32,000 nt of DNA, from the NCBI GenBank assembly GCA_049508795.1, contig JBELAN010000009.1, positions 64,729 to 96,728 on the forward strand, read 5' to 3'. Below are positions 24,571-32,000 of this stretch, piece after piece. A program made the position numbers and the translations under genes. Source of the stretch: Sedimentisphaerales bacterium (lineage in GTDB: Bacteria > Planctomycetota > Phycisphaerae > Sedimentisphaerales > Anaerobacaceae). The number at the start of each line of letters is the position of its first letter. The first letter of the stretch is position 1. The notes below the pieces were generated by a model. That model was not told the DNA's origin, ran no database searches, and saw nothing but the letters and a program-made list of their open reading frames with translations.

Positions 24571-27350
24571 GCCGGGTTCATAAACTGAAGCTTTTTATTG
24601 ATTATCTTAATCAATTCCATCGCCCACAACGGCAGAGACGAAAGGGCTACCACCATAACCCAGTCAATAAAACGCAACGACTCAGTCTTGAAAACCGTCT
24701 GGAAGAACGGCACATACACCACCGCCATTTGAAGCAGAAAAGATGCTACGGCTGCCAGAATCAGATTTTTGTTGGTAAGCACGCCGATTTTGAATAGTGA
24801 CTCGGTCTGACTGCGGCAGTTCAGGGCGTGAAACAACTGGCTGCAGGCAAGTACGACAAAGGCGGCGGTCCGTGCGCGCGGCAGGCCTTCACCTTCGACA
24901 AAGAGCACGAAGGCAAAGGCAATCAAGCTACACATAGCAATAAAGCTGCCCTGTGCGAGCATGAGCATCGCTGTCTGTTTGGTAACGACAGATTGACTGC
25001 TCGGTCTGGGCGGACGTTTCATAACGTCCGGGTCGATAGGGTCGACACCCAGGGCCAGCGCAGGCAGGCCGTCGGTTATCAGATTGACCCAGAGAATTTG
25101 TATGGGCAGCAGAGGCACAGGCCAGCCGATAAGTGAAGAAACGAACATTACCAGCACTTCGCCTGTGTTGCAGCTAAGCAGATAGTGGATGAATTTTTTG
25201 ATATTGTCGTAAATACCTCTGCCCTCCTCCACTGCGGCCACGATTGAAGCAAAGTTGTCGTCGGTGATTATCATATCGGAGACTTCCTTGGTGACATCGG
25301 TGCCGGTGATGCCCATTGCCACGCCGATGTTGGCTTCCTTGACGGCGGGAGCATCGTTGACGCCGTCCCCCGTCATTGCAACCACCTCATTGTGCCCCTT
25401 CCAGGCACGAACGACCCGCAGCTTGTGCTCCGGTGAAACGCGGGCGTAAACGACCGTCTCTTTTACTCTTTCCGAAAGCTGCTCGTCCGTCAGTTTGTCC
25501 AGCTCTTCGCCGGTCAGTGCAACGGAATTCTGCTCAAAAAATCCGAGGCTGCGGGCAATGGCGATTGCGGTGTTTTTATGGTCGCCGGTAATCATCACTG
25601 TCTTTATAGCAGCGGTTTTGCAGTCGGCAATCGCCTTTTTGACTTCCTCCCGCGGCGGGTCAATCATCGCCACAAGCCCCACAAAAGTAAGGTCTTTTTC
25701 AACCACCTCGGCGCGGTAATCTGTGCTGTTGCTATCCAACTCTTTATATGCAAACCCGAGAACCCGCATTGCATCGTTGGCTAAACGATTGTTCGCATTC
25801 AGCACGCTTTCGACGTCGTTCTCAGTGAGATTGCGAACCGAGCCGGCCTGTTCTACTCTGGTGCAGTCGTTGAGCAGGACGTCCGGCGCTCCTTTGACGA
25901 AAGCGACAAGGTTGTTGTCCCGCCGAATAATTGTCATTTTCTTTCGTTCTGCGTCGAATGGTATTTCTTCCACGAATTGCCAGTCTTTTTCCGCCTTTTC
26001 CTTCCAGATATCGGCCTTGGCGGCGGCGGTAAGAATGGCAGCTTCCGTAGGGTCACCGATTATTTTAAATGTATCATCCCGGCTGACCAATTCTGCACCA
26101 TTGCATAACGCGCCGCAAAGTAATGTTTTGTCGAGCATTGGGTAATCGGCAGGACTTATTGTTTTGCCATCGAGAAGGAAATCACCTTTTGGTTCATAAC
26201 CGATGCCGGTTATCCTGAATAACATCCCGTTCGCGTAGACCGCCTGAACGGTCATCTCGTTTTTGGTCAGCGTTCCGGTTTTGTCCGAGCATATAACCGT
26301 TGCACAGCCGAGCGTTTCGACCGATGGCAATTTGCGGATAAGTGCGTGGCGGGCGACCATTCTCTGCACTCCCATCGCAAGGGCGATTGTAACCACAGCG
26401 GGCAGGCCTTCGGGTATGGCAGCGACAGCCAAACTGACTGCTGTGAGAAACATATCAAATACTTTGCCGCCTCGCAAAACACCTAATACAAAAATCAACC
26501 CCACAAGCACAAAACACAGGTAGACTATCCATTTGCCGAATTGTTCGAGTTTTTTCTGCAGGGGCGTCGAATCACGCTTGATTTCCTGAATCATACCTGC
26601 GATTTTGCCCAGCTCGGTGTTCATTCCGGTTTCAACGACAATAGCTTTTGCTTTGCCGCTTGCAGCCGAGGTTCCCATATAGACCATATTTGCCCTGTCA
26701 GCCAAAGGAACGTCTTTTTCCTCCAGTGCTGTAACAGTTTTGGCTACGGGCGTAGATTCACCTGTTAAGCTCGCCTCCTGTGCCGTGAAGTTTGCGGTAT
26801 GCCAGACGAGCCGGCTGTCGGCGGGGATATTATCGCCGGCCTCCAGTTCAATGAGGTCGCCGGGAACAAGCTCGAAGGATGAAATCACTGCGCGTTGGCC
26901 GTCGCGGATTACTTTCGAGGTCGGGCTGGCCATCTTTTTCAAAGCGGCGAGCGACTTCTCCGCCTTATGCTCCTGGATGAAACCCAGTATCGCATTAAGG
27001 ATGACTATCGCTATTATCGCAATGGCATCGACCCATTCCTGCAGGAAACCCGAAACTATAGCAGCGCCGATAAGGACCCAGATGATAAAATCCTCGAATT
27101 GCGACAGGAAAATGGCTAATGGCGACGGGCCTTTCTTTCCTTCAATTTGATTGCGTCCGAGGAGTTGCAATTTTTCAGCGGCCTGCTCGGAAGTCAGACC
27201 GGCCGACAAGTTACTATCGAGCGAACCAATCACCTGTTCAATACTCGCTTGCCACCATTGAGTCATCGGCCAATCCTGAATTAACGCGGAACAGTTTTTC
27301 GTATTAAAAACGGAGATTAATATAACCATTAGAACGGGTAAAATAAACAA
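24567..27350 (-). CDS. P-type cation (Ca2+-type) ATPase (start probably ATG near 27266)
   Basis: 927 aa; TGESTPVAK, AAIPEGLPAVVTIALAMG, CSDKTGTLTKNEMTV, VKGAPDVLL, MVAMIDPPREEV..., MTGDGVNDAPAVKEANIGVAMG. Confidence 0.94.
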   Translation of the reverse strand: MFILPVLMVILISVFNTKNCSALIQDWPMTQWWQASIEQVIGSLDSNLSAGLTSEQAAEKLQLLGRNQIEGKKGPSPLAIFLSQFEDFIIWVLIGAAIVSGFLQEWVDAIAIIAIVILNAILGFIQEHKAEKSLAALKKMASPTSKVIRDGQRAVISSFELVPGDLIELEAGDNIPADSRLVWHTANFTAQEASLTGESTPVAKTVTALEEKDVPLADRANMVYMGTSAASGKAKAIVVETGMNTELGKIAGMIQEIKRDSTPLQKKLEQFGKWIVYLCFVLVGLIFVLGVLRGGKVFDMFLTAVSLAVAAIPEGLPAVVTIALAMGVQRMVARHALIRKLPSVETLGCATVICSDKTGTLTKNEMTVQAVYANGMLFRITGIGYEPKGDFLLDGKTISPADYPMLDKTLLCGALCNGAELVSRDDTFKIIGDPTEAAILTAAAKADIWKEKAEKDWQFVEEIPFDAERKKMTIIRRDNNLVAFVKGAPDVLLNDCTRVEQAGSVRNLTENDVESVLNANNRLANDAMRVLGFAYKELDSNSTDYRAEVVEKDLTFVGLVAMIDPPREEVKKAIADCKTAAIKTVMITGDHKNTAIAIARSLGFFEQNSVALTGEELDKLTDEQLSERVKETVVYARVSPEHKLRVVRAWKGHNEVVAMTGDGVNDAPAVKEANIGVAMGITGTDVTKEVSDMIITDDNFASIVAAVEEGRGIYDNIKKFIHYLLSCNTGEVLVMFVSSLIGWPVPLLPIQILWVNLITDGLPALALGVDPIDPDVMKRPPRPSSQSVVTKQTAMLMLAQGSFIAMCSLIAFAFVLFVEGEGLPRARTAAFVVLACSQLFHALNCRSQTESLFKIGVLTNKNLILAAVASFLLQMAVVYVPFFQTVFKTESLRFIDWVMVVALSSLPLWAMELIKIINKKLQFMNPA

Positions 27351-27410
27351 CTTTTGGCTAAATCATAACTGCCGTTGAACTAAGTAATGTTAGTTGCTAT
27401 AGTAACTTAA

Positions 27411-28847
27411 ATGCTCGATAAGACCATACATATCAAGAGCTTCGGGTGCCAGATGAATAAGTTAGACACAGCTTTGGTTACTTCTGCGCTTAAAAAAGCA
27501 GGGTTTGGCCTGGCTGAGAACGAAAAAGGCGCTGATGTTGTTTTGATAAACACCTGCTCAGTGCGCGAACACGCGGAGCAGCGAGTCTTATCGCATCTTG
27601 GGCATCTAAAACATATCAAAAAATCAAAGCCAAATATGGTGGTTGGGGTAATCGGCTGTATGGCGCAGCGGCTCGGAGCAGAACTGCTCAAAGACAAAAC
27701 GGTTGATATAGTTTGCGGCCCGGCACAAATACCGCAAATTACAGAACTTGTAACTAAAGCGCTGCAGGAAAATAAAAAGACCCTTGCGATAACGGGAAAA
27801 ATCCGCCAGAAATCGGCGGAAAACAAGGCACTGGAAGAGCTTGAGTCGGTTTTTGACAGCGATGATTCACAAGTTCCTGCACAAGCGTATGTTAGGGCGA
27901 TGCGGGGTTGTAATAATTTCTGCTCATATTGCATTGTGCCATATGTGCGCGGGCCGGAAGTATCGCGCCCCCCTGCCGTGATAATCGAACAGATAAAAAG
28001 ACTGGCTGGCAACGGTGTTAAGCTGGTTACGCTGCTGGGGCAAATGGTAAATGCTTATAAATACAACAGTTCGGGGAAAACCCTCTGTCTGGCGGATTTG
28101 CTCTATATGGTGAGCGAAATTGAAGGAATCGAATGGATAAGATTTGTTACAAGTTACCCTGCGGAAGAATATTATGAGCAGATTCTAAAAGCGATGGCGG
28201 ATTTGCCGAAGGTATGTCACTACCTGCATATGCCGGCTCAAAGCGGCTCGGATAAAATCCTAAAAGCAATGAATCGTAACTATACAGCCGGCAAATACTT
28301 AGAGCTGATAGAAAAGGCCAGAGATATTGTGCCGGGGATTGCAATTTCAGGCGATTTTATGGTTGGGTTTCCCGGGGAAACAGAAGAGGATTTTGGGGAG
28401 ACCATAAGTCTTGTGCAGATCGCGAGATATAAGAACTGCTTTGTATTCAAGTATTCGTCTCGGCCGGGGACGGCGGCGGATAAACGGTTACAAGATGATG
28501 TGCCGGAAGAAGTTAAGAAAAGACGGAACATAGAATTATTGGCGGTGCAGGAAAAAATAAGCGATGAGTTGGCGAAGCAATTTTTAGGGAAAGAAGTGAA
28601 AGTTCTGGTCGAGGGATTGAGTAAGAAGGCGGTTTCGACAAGCTCACCGCAGGCGGGAGTAAGTCCTTGTGGGGAAAAGGGTTATCCGCCTTCGCTAAAG
28701 CTACGGCGGACAAGTCCGCAGTTGGTCGGGCGGACGGCGGAGGACTGGATAGTTGTTTTTGACGGGCCGGCGAAGTTGGCTGGGGAGTTTGCAAAAGTGA
28801 AAATAACGAGGACGAGTCCACTAACTCTTTTTGGGGAGATGATTTAA
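27411..28847 (+). CDS. miaB: tRNA-2-methylthio-N6-dimethylallyladenosine synthase
   Basis: 478 aa; IHIKSFGCQMNKLDT, INTCSVREHAEQR, GCNNFCSYCIVPYVRGPE, LLGQMVNAY, LHMPAQSGSDKILKAMNR, DFMVGFPGETEEDF, TRAM-like C-terminus carrying a noncanonical insert. Confidence 0.94.
   Translation: MLDKTIHIKSFGCQMNKLDTALVTSALKKAGFGLAENEKGADVVLINTCSVREHAEQRVLSHLGHLKHIKKSKPNMVVGVIGCMAQRLGAELLKDKTVDIVCGPAQIPQITELVTKALQENKKTLAITGKIRQKSAENKALEELESVFDSDDSQVPAQAYVRAMRGCNNFCSYCIVPYVRGPEVSRPPAVIIEQIKRLAGNGVKLVTLLGQMVNAYKYNSSGKTLCLADLLYMVSEIEGIEWIRFVTSYPAEEYYEQILKAMADLPKVCHYLHMPAQSGSDKILKAMNRNYTAGKYLELIEKARDIVPGIAISGDFMVGFPGETEEDFGETISLVQIARYKNCFVFKYSSRPGTAADKRLQDDVPEEVKKRRNIELLAVQEKISDELAKQFLGKEVKVLVEGLSKKAVSTSSPQAGVSPCGEKGYPPSLKLRRTSPQLVGRTAEDWIVVFDGPAKLAGEFAKVKITRTSPLTLFGEMI
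28630..28716. repeat. In-frame repeat-like insertion inside miaB
   Basis: Encodes AVSTSSPQAGVSPCGEKGYPPSLKLRRTS between VLVEGLSKK and QLVGRT; contains the near-palindrome TCCGCCTTCGCTAAAGCTACGGCGGACAAG shared with intergenic copies. Boundaries approximate. Confidence 0.6.
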
Positions 28848-29442
28848 AATGGGGAATATAGGTAATTGGGGATAGAACCAAATGCGCAAGTTCGTGTTTG
28901 AAAACGGTTGAAAACGGTCAAAAGTTGTAGAAAAATTTGGAAAAATGTATGGGAAAGTGAGAAAAATGTATAGAAATGTTTGAAAATATTCGACAATTTT
29001 TTACCTCCCCTGCGCATTTGATTGAAATTTTTTGTCGGCCACAAAGACACGAAGGCGCGAAGAAAATTAGACACTGATTAACACAGATTTACACTGTTAT
29101 TTTTTGCCGCCGAGTACACAGAGACGGAGAAAAATCCTAAATACTAAACCCTAAATCCTAAACAAATTCAAATGACCAAAATAAAAAATTCAAAACGGAC
29201 TACGCCTGACACTGACGCGAAATTAAAAAAGTTTTCCGTCCTTCGCAGTAGCAAACTACTTGCTATGGAGGACAAGGCGGCGGGGGAAAAAACTCGTCGC
29301 TGGTTAGTTGAGTTCAGCAAATCGGCGTCAGAAAATATATTAGTATGTGCATATATACTAATATAGTGATTTAACTATCAGGGGTTTTTAGGTGAGGGGG
29401 TTGAGAGTCGTGGCCCGGGACCCGTGCCTCGTGACTTCCGCT

Positions 29443-29510
29443 TTCGCTTCCGCCGTCGCCAAAGGGCTATGGCGGACAAGTAGGCTACGGAGAACAGGAC
29501 GGCGGACAAG
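29443..29510. repeat. Repeat A copy 1 (68 bp)
   Basis: TTCGCTTCCGCCGTCGCCAAAGGGCTATGGCGGACAAGTAGGCTACGGAGAACAGGACGGCGGACAAG, identical to 30937-31004. Confidence 0.95.
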
Positions 29511-29540
29511 AGTTGGGCGATTTTGGGGGAGCAAGGATTA

Positions 29541-29607
29541 ACCGCAGAGCACGCCGAGACCGCAGAGATTTTATTTTTTAATCGCTGATTACGCAGATTA
29601 CGCGGAA
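29541..29607. repeat. Repeat B copy 1 (67 bp)
   Basis: ACCGCAGAGCACGCCGAGACCGCAGAGATTTTATTTTTTAATCGCTGATTACGCAGATTACGCGGAA, identical to 31091-31157. Confidence 0.95.
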
Positions 29608-29688
29608 TTTGGTTTGTGGCGGAGGGGATTAAAGGGCGATGTTCGGCTTTGTTTTTCCTTTGACTTTTCAGCTACAAAAAACATATAA

Positions 29689-30900
29689 TTGCGTTATTAT
29701 TGTATTTTGACTAAGAGCGAGATTGTGAAAAAGCTGGTTTTTATTATCACATATCTACTAATAACCGTTCCTTGCGCTGCTGATACATTTACCAACCGCG
29801 CGACAGGAGAAGTGTTCCACGGTTACGCAACCCAAATAAAGCGTGGCGGTAAAACCCTCATTCGTGTGGGTAATGAAGGCACCGCCAAATATATCGATAT
29901 GGCGGATTATCGCGTCGAGTGGAGCCGAGACGGCCGAAAAAACATAGTCATCGTAATACCAATCAAAGATGCGATATTGCTGGAATGCGAAACGGCAGCG
30001 TTAGAAAAAGCGATTGAGACGAGCTCCAACCAAGGACCGATGTTCATTTTAATTGAGATAGATACGCCGGGCGGCCGAGAAGACCTTATGAAGCGAATCT
30101 GCAGCGCAATCACAAAGGCGGATAATTGCCTGACGGTCGCGTTCGTGAGCGGAGGGGAATACGGCGGGGCATATTCGGCAGGAGCAATTATCGCGCTGGC
30201 GTGCGACCAGATATATATGGCAGAGGATACGGCCATTGGGGCAGCGACGCCAATAATGATGTCGAAGACCGGAGTGAAAGATTTAAAATCAGTTTACGGC
30301 TCGACGGTCGGCGAGAAATTTATGTCCGCGAGCCGGGCGTATATAGCGAGTTTAGCAGAACAAAACGACCGGCCGAGCGCAATAGCCAGGGCGATGGTCG
30401 ACAAAGACATCGAGGTTGTGGAAGTATCTGAGAATAACGAAAGACTTTTTATCGAGCCGAGAGAAAGGAAAAAAGAACAAACTGTAGTTCGAACGTGGAA
30501 CAGAAGGGGGTCGTTGCTTACTTTGACCGCCGGTGAAGCCGTCGAATGCGGGATAGCAAACGGGCTGGCGGGGTCACCCAAGGCGGTTATATCAGCATTG
30601 AAATTTGACAATCCCCGTGTTGTTCCCAACAATGAGGCAGCCAAAGCCAGAAGCGCGTTCGAAGCCGCCAAAGACAAGCTTGAGAAACTGCGAATCAGCA
30701 TCGACCGTTATTCCAAGGAAATCGAAATCTGCAGGGACAAAAACGAGGTAATACGGTTTCTGAACGCGGTCATTAAGAACTACGAAGATGTAATTGCGAT
30801 GGGGAGGTCATATCCTGATTTGGCGATTGACGAAGGGGCGTGCAAAGAAGCAATGAATTCGGCCAAAACTCTGCTCAGAAATATCAAAAAATTGGAGTAG
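29689..30900 (+). CDS. Secreted/periplasmic ClpP-class serine protease, NfeD/SppA-like (start probably GTG 29725)
   Basis: Signal peptide VKKLVFIITYLLITVPCAA from GTG 29725; LIEIDTPGGREDLMKRICSAI; GGEYGGAYSAGAIIALACDQIYMAEDTAIGAATPI; C-terminal coiled-coil-like tail and no NfeD-type TM/OB tail. Confidence 0.8.
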   Translation: MRYYCILTKSEIVKKLVFIITYLLITVPCAADTFTNRATGEVFHGYATQIKRGGKTLIRVGNEGTAKYIDMADYRVEWSRDGRKNIVIVIPIKDAILLECETAALEKAIETSSNQGPMFILIEIDTPGGREDLMKRICSAITKADNCLTVAFVSGGEYGGAYSAGAIIALACDQIYMAEDTAIGAATPIMMSKTGVKDLKSVYGSTVGEKFMSASRAYIASLAEQNDRPSAIARAMVDKDIEVVEVSENNERLFIEPRERKKEQTVVRTWNRRGSLLTLTAGEAVECGIANGLAGSPKAVISALKFDNPRVVPNNEAAKARSAFEAAKDKLEKLRISIDRYSKEIEICRDKNEVIRFLNAVIKNYEDVIAMGRSYPDLAIDEGACKEAMNSAKTLLRNIKKLE

Positions 30901-30936
30901 TTTTCGTTTTCGGGGGAGATTAATTCTTTACCCGGC

Positions 30937-31004
30937 TTCGCTTCCGCCGTCGCCAAAGGGCTATGGCGGACAAGTAGGCTACGGAGAACAGGACGGCGGA
31001 CAAG
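30937..31004. repeat. Repeat A copy 2 (68 bp)
   Basis: Identical to 29443-29510, same orientation. Confidence 0.95.
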
Positions 31005-31090
31005 CGAAGAAAAATTAACCACGAATGAACACGAATGAGCACGATTTTTTTGCCACAGATGAACACGGATTGACACAGATTTTTTATATC

Positions 31091-31157
31091 ACCGCAGAGC
31101 ACGCCGAGACCGCAGAGATTTTATTTTTTAATCGCTGATTACGCAGATTACGCGGAA
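31091..31157. repeat. Repeat B copy 2 (67 bp)
   Basis: Identical to 29541-29607, same orientation. Confidence 0.95.
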
Positions 31158-31275
31158 AATTTTGTTGTTGTAAAACCGAGACGCTGCGCGAATGCAAAAT
31201 GCGGCGAGGAAAATCAATCCTCCTTCGATGAATCTATGGAGGACGCTACGCGAAATAAACGGCCACTGTTTTTCC

Positions 31276-32000
31276 TTAATTTTCAGATTTTTTGTTGCTC
31301 CAGAGGCCTAACTGTTTTTCCTTTGCCTGCTTCTCCAAATAATCGAACTGCTTCATAAACTGGAACGGCTCATATATATAATTATAGGCGTAGCCATCTG
31401 CGATGAGCTTGGCATTGACCAAAGTGCCATCTTCCAAAAAGACATATCTCAGAAGCCGGTTGTATTTATCTCTGTTTGACTGCATCGGGTCGGGGATTAA
31501 ATAGGCCAACTTGTTTTCCAAAAGCTGCTTAGCATATTGGACGGCTTCGGGGCCGAAATAATCATTCTGCGGATGATTAGGATGTGCTATCTCAGGAGCA
31601 TCGATTCCAATCAGCCGGACAGGTTCAATTTTTCCTGCAATATCGACTCTGATAGTGTCACCGTCAATTACTTCCACAACGCGGTATGTAGGCGGGGCTT
31701 CTCTTTTAACAGGCAATGGTTCGTGGGACAGAATTTTAATTTGGCTGAGGTTATCGAGAATAATCTGCGACCGGCCTTGATAAGCCCTTATCAGGCCGGT
31801 GATTTCCACAGTTTTTCCTTCGTATTGCTGCGGATTGGGAAATTTGTGTGCGTCCTTATTAAAAATTGTAACACCAAACGGACAGGTTTTGTAATCCTGG
31901 CAGAAGTTCAGAAATACAGTACCTTTTTCAGAAGTATAAACATGGTCTATTTTGCCAGAGACGCAAGCGTATTCTCCAATGTGGTCGGGGGCCTGCGTGT
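31276..32000 (-). CDS. OB-fold + thermonuclease (SNase-like) domain protein; 5' end beyond right window edge
   Basis: SNase motifs YRVVEVIDGDTIRVDI, VRLIGIDAPEIAHP, DKYNRLLRYVFLEDGTLVNAKLIADGYAY. The frame stays open upstream of the track start (31809) to the edge and encodes ...TQAPDHIGEYACVSGKIDHVYTSEKGTVFLNFCQDYKTCPFGVTIFNKDAHKFPNPQQYEGKTVEITGLIRAYQG, an OB-fold-like segment. Confidence 0.88.
   Translation of the reverse strand, partial: TQAPDHIGEYACVSGKIDHVYTSEKGTVFLNFCQDYKTCPFGVTIFNKDAHKFPNPQQYEGKTVEITGLIRAYQGRSQIILDNLSQIKILSHEPLPVKREAPPTYRVVEVIDGDTIRVDIAGKIEPVRLIGIDAPEIAHPNHPQNDYFGPEAVQYAKQLLENKLAYLIPDPMQSNRDKYNRLLRYVFLEDGTLVNAKLIADGYAYNYIYEPFQFMKQFDYLEKQAKEKQLGLWSNKKSEN

Noticed and set aside
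24570-27300. Many plus-strand ORFs of 60-140 aa within the P-type ATPase region (for example 25723..26145, 26740..27150)
   Set aside because: All lie antisense to a full-length, clearly conserved ATPase; they are shadow ORFs from GC-biased coding sequence.
27407-28012. 201 aa Ser/Ala-rich ORF antisense to miaB
   Set aside because: Composition mirrors the antisense of miaB; no conserved motif.
29172-29366. 64 aa ORF MTKIKNSKRTTPDTDAKLKK...
   Set aside because: It begins inside the reiterated AT-rich intergenic tract, has low complexity and shows no recognisable domain; likely spurious.
29443-31157. Interpretation of the A-B...A-B repeats as a composite transposon
   Set aside because: No transposase, no terminal inverted repeats on the A/B units and no visible target duplication; kept only as a repeat-bracketing observation.
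28848-31275. Possible CRISPR array in the repeat-rich spacers
   Set aside because: Repeats are not regularly spaced, have no unique equal-length spacers, and no cas genes are nearby.
29689-32000. Secreted protease plus thermonuclease as a new defence module
   Set aside because: The genes converge on opposite strands, are separated by repeats, and both have features of ordinary envelope or housekeeping proteins; nothing supports a shared system.

Overview
This 32 kb window reads as an ordinary chromosomal segment from a diderm bacterium, probably a planctomycete/Phycisphaerae relative (inference from gene content, a eukaryotic-like Ser/Thr kinase and the style of intergenic repeats). I assign about 26 genes, mostly housekeeping: clpB 3' end; an APH-family kinase; a Ser/Thr kinase; etfB-etfA-acyl-CoA dehydrogenase-HAD phosphatase; a large LptC/OstA-like protein with kdsC; RNase G/E with a DUF2344 protein; a soluble PTS block (EI, HPr-like, EIIA) with hpf; DUF502; a UPF0104-type membrane protein; hisI; a soluble histidine kinase; a PBP4-type carboxypeptidase; a lipid A acyltransferase; a radical SAM protein; a 6-phosphofructokinase; a P-type Ca2+-ATPase; miaB; a secreted NfeD/SppA-like serine protease; and an OB-fold + thermonuclease protein running off the right edge. 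I see no CRISPR, integrase, transposase, prophage, biosynthetic cluster or convincing new defence system. The best observations are: (1) etfA stops early, and its expected C-terminus continues in another frame right after the stop, implying an internal deletion of about 61 nt; (2) an in-frame insertion of about 29 codons in miaB that carries the core of a dispersed GC-rich palindromic repeat; (3) two exact repeats (68 and 67 nt) that occur in the same order on both sides of the serine-protease gene; (4) several kinds of reiterated short-motif intergenic tracts; (5) a possible 166 bp inverted-repeat element upstream of etfB. All assignments come from reading the sequence; no database search was run.
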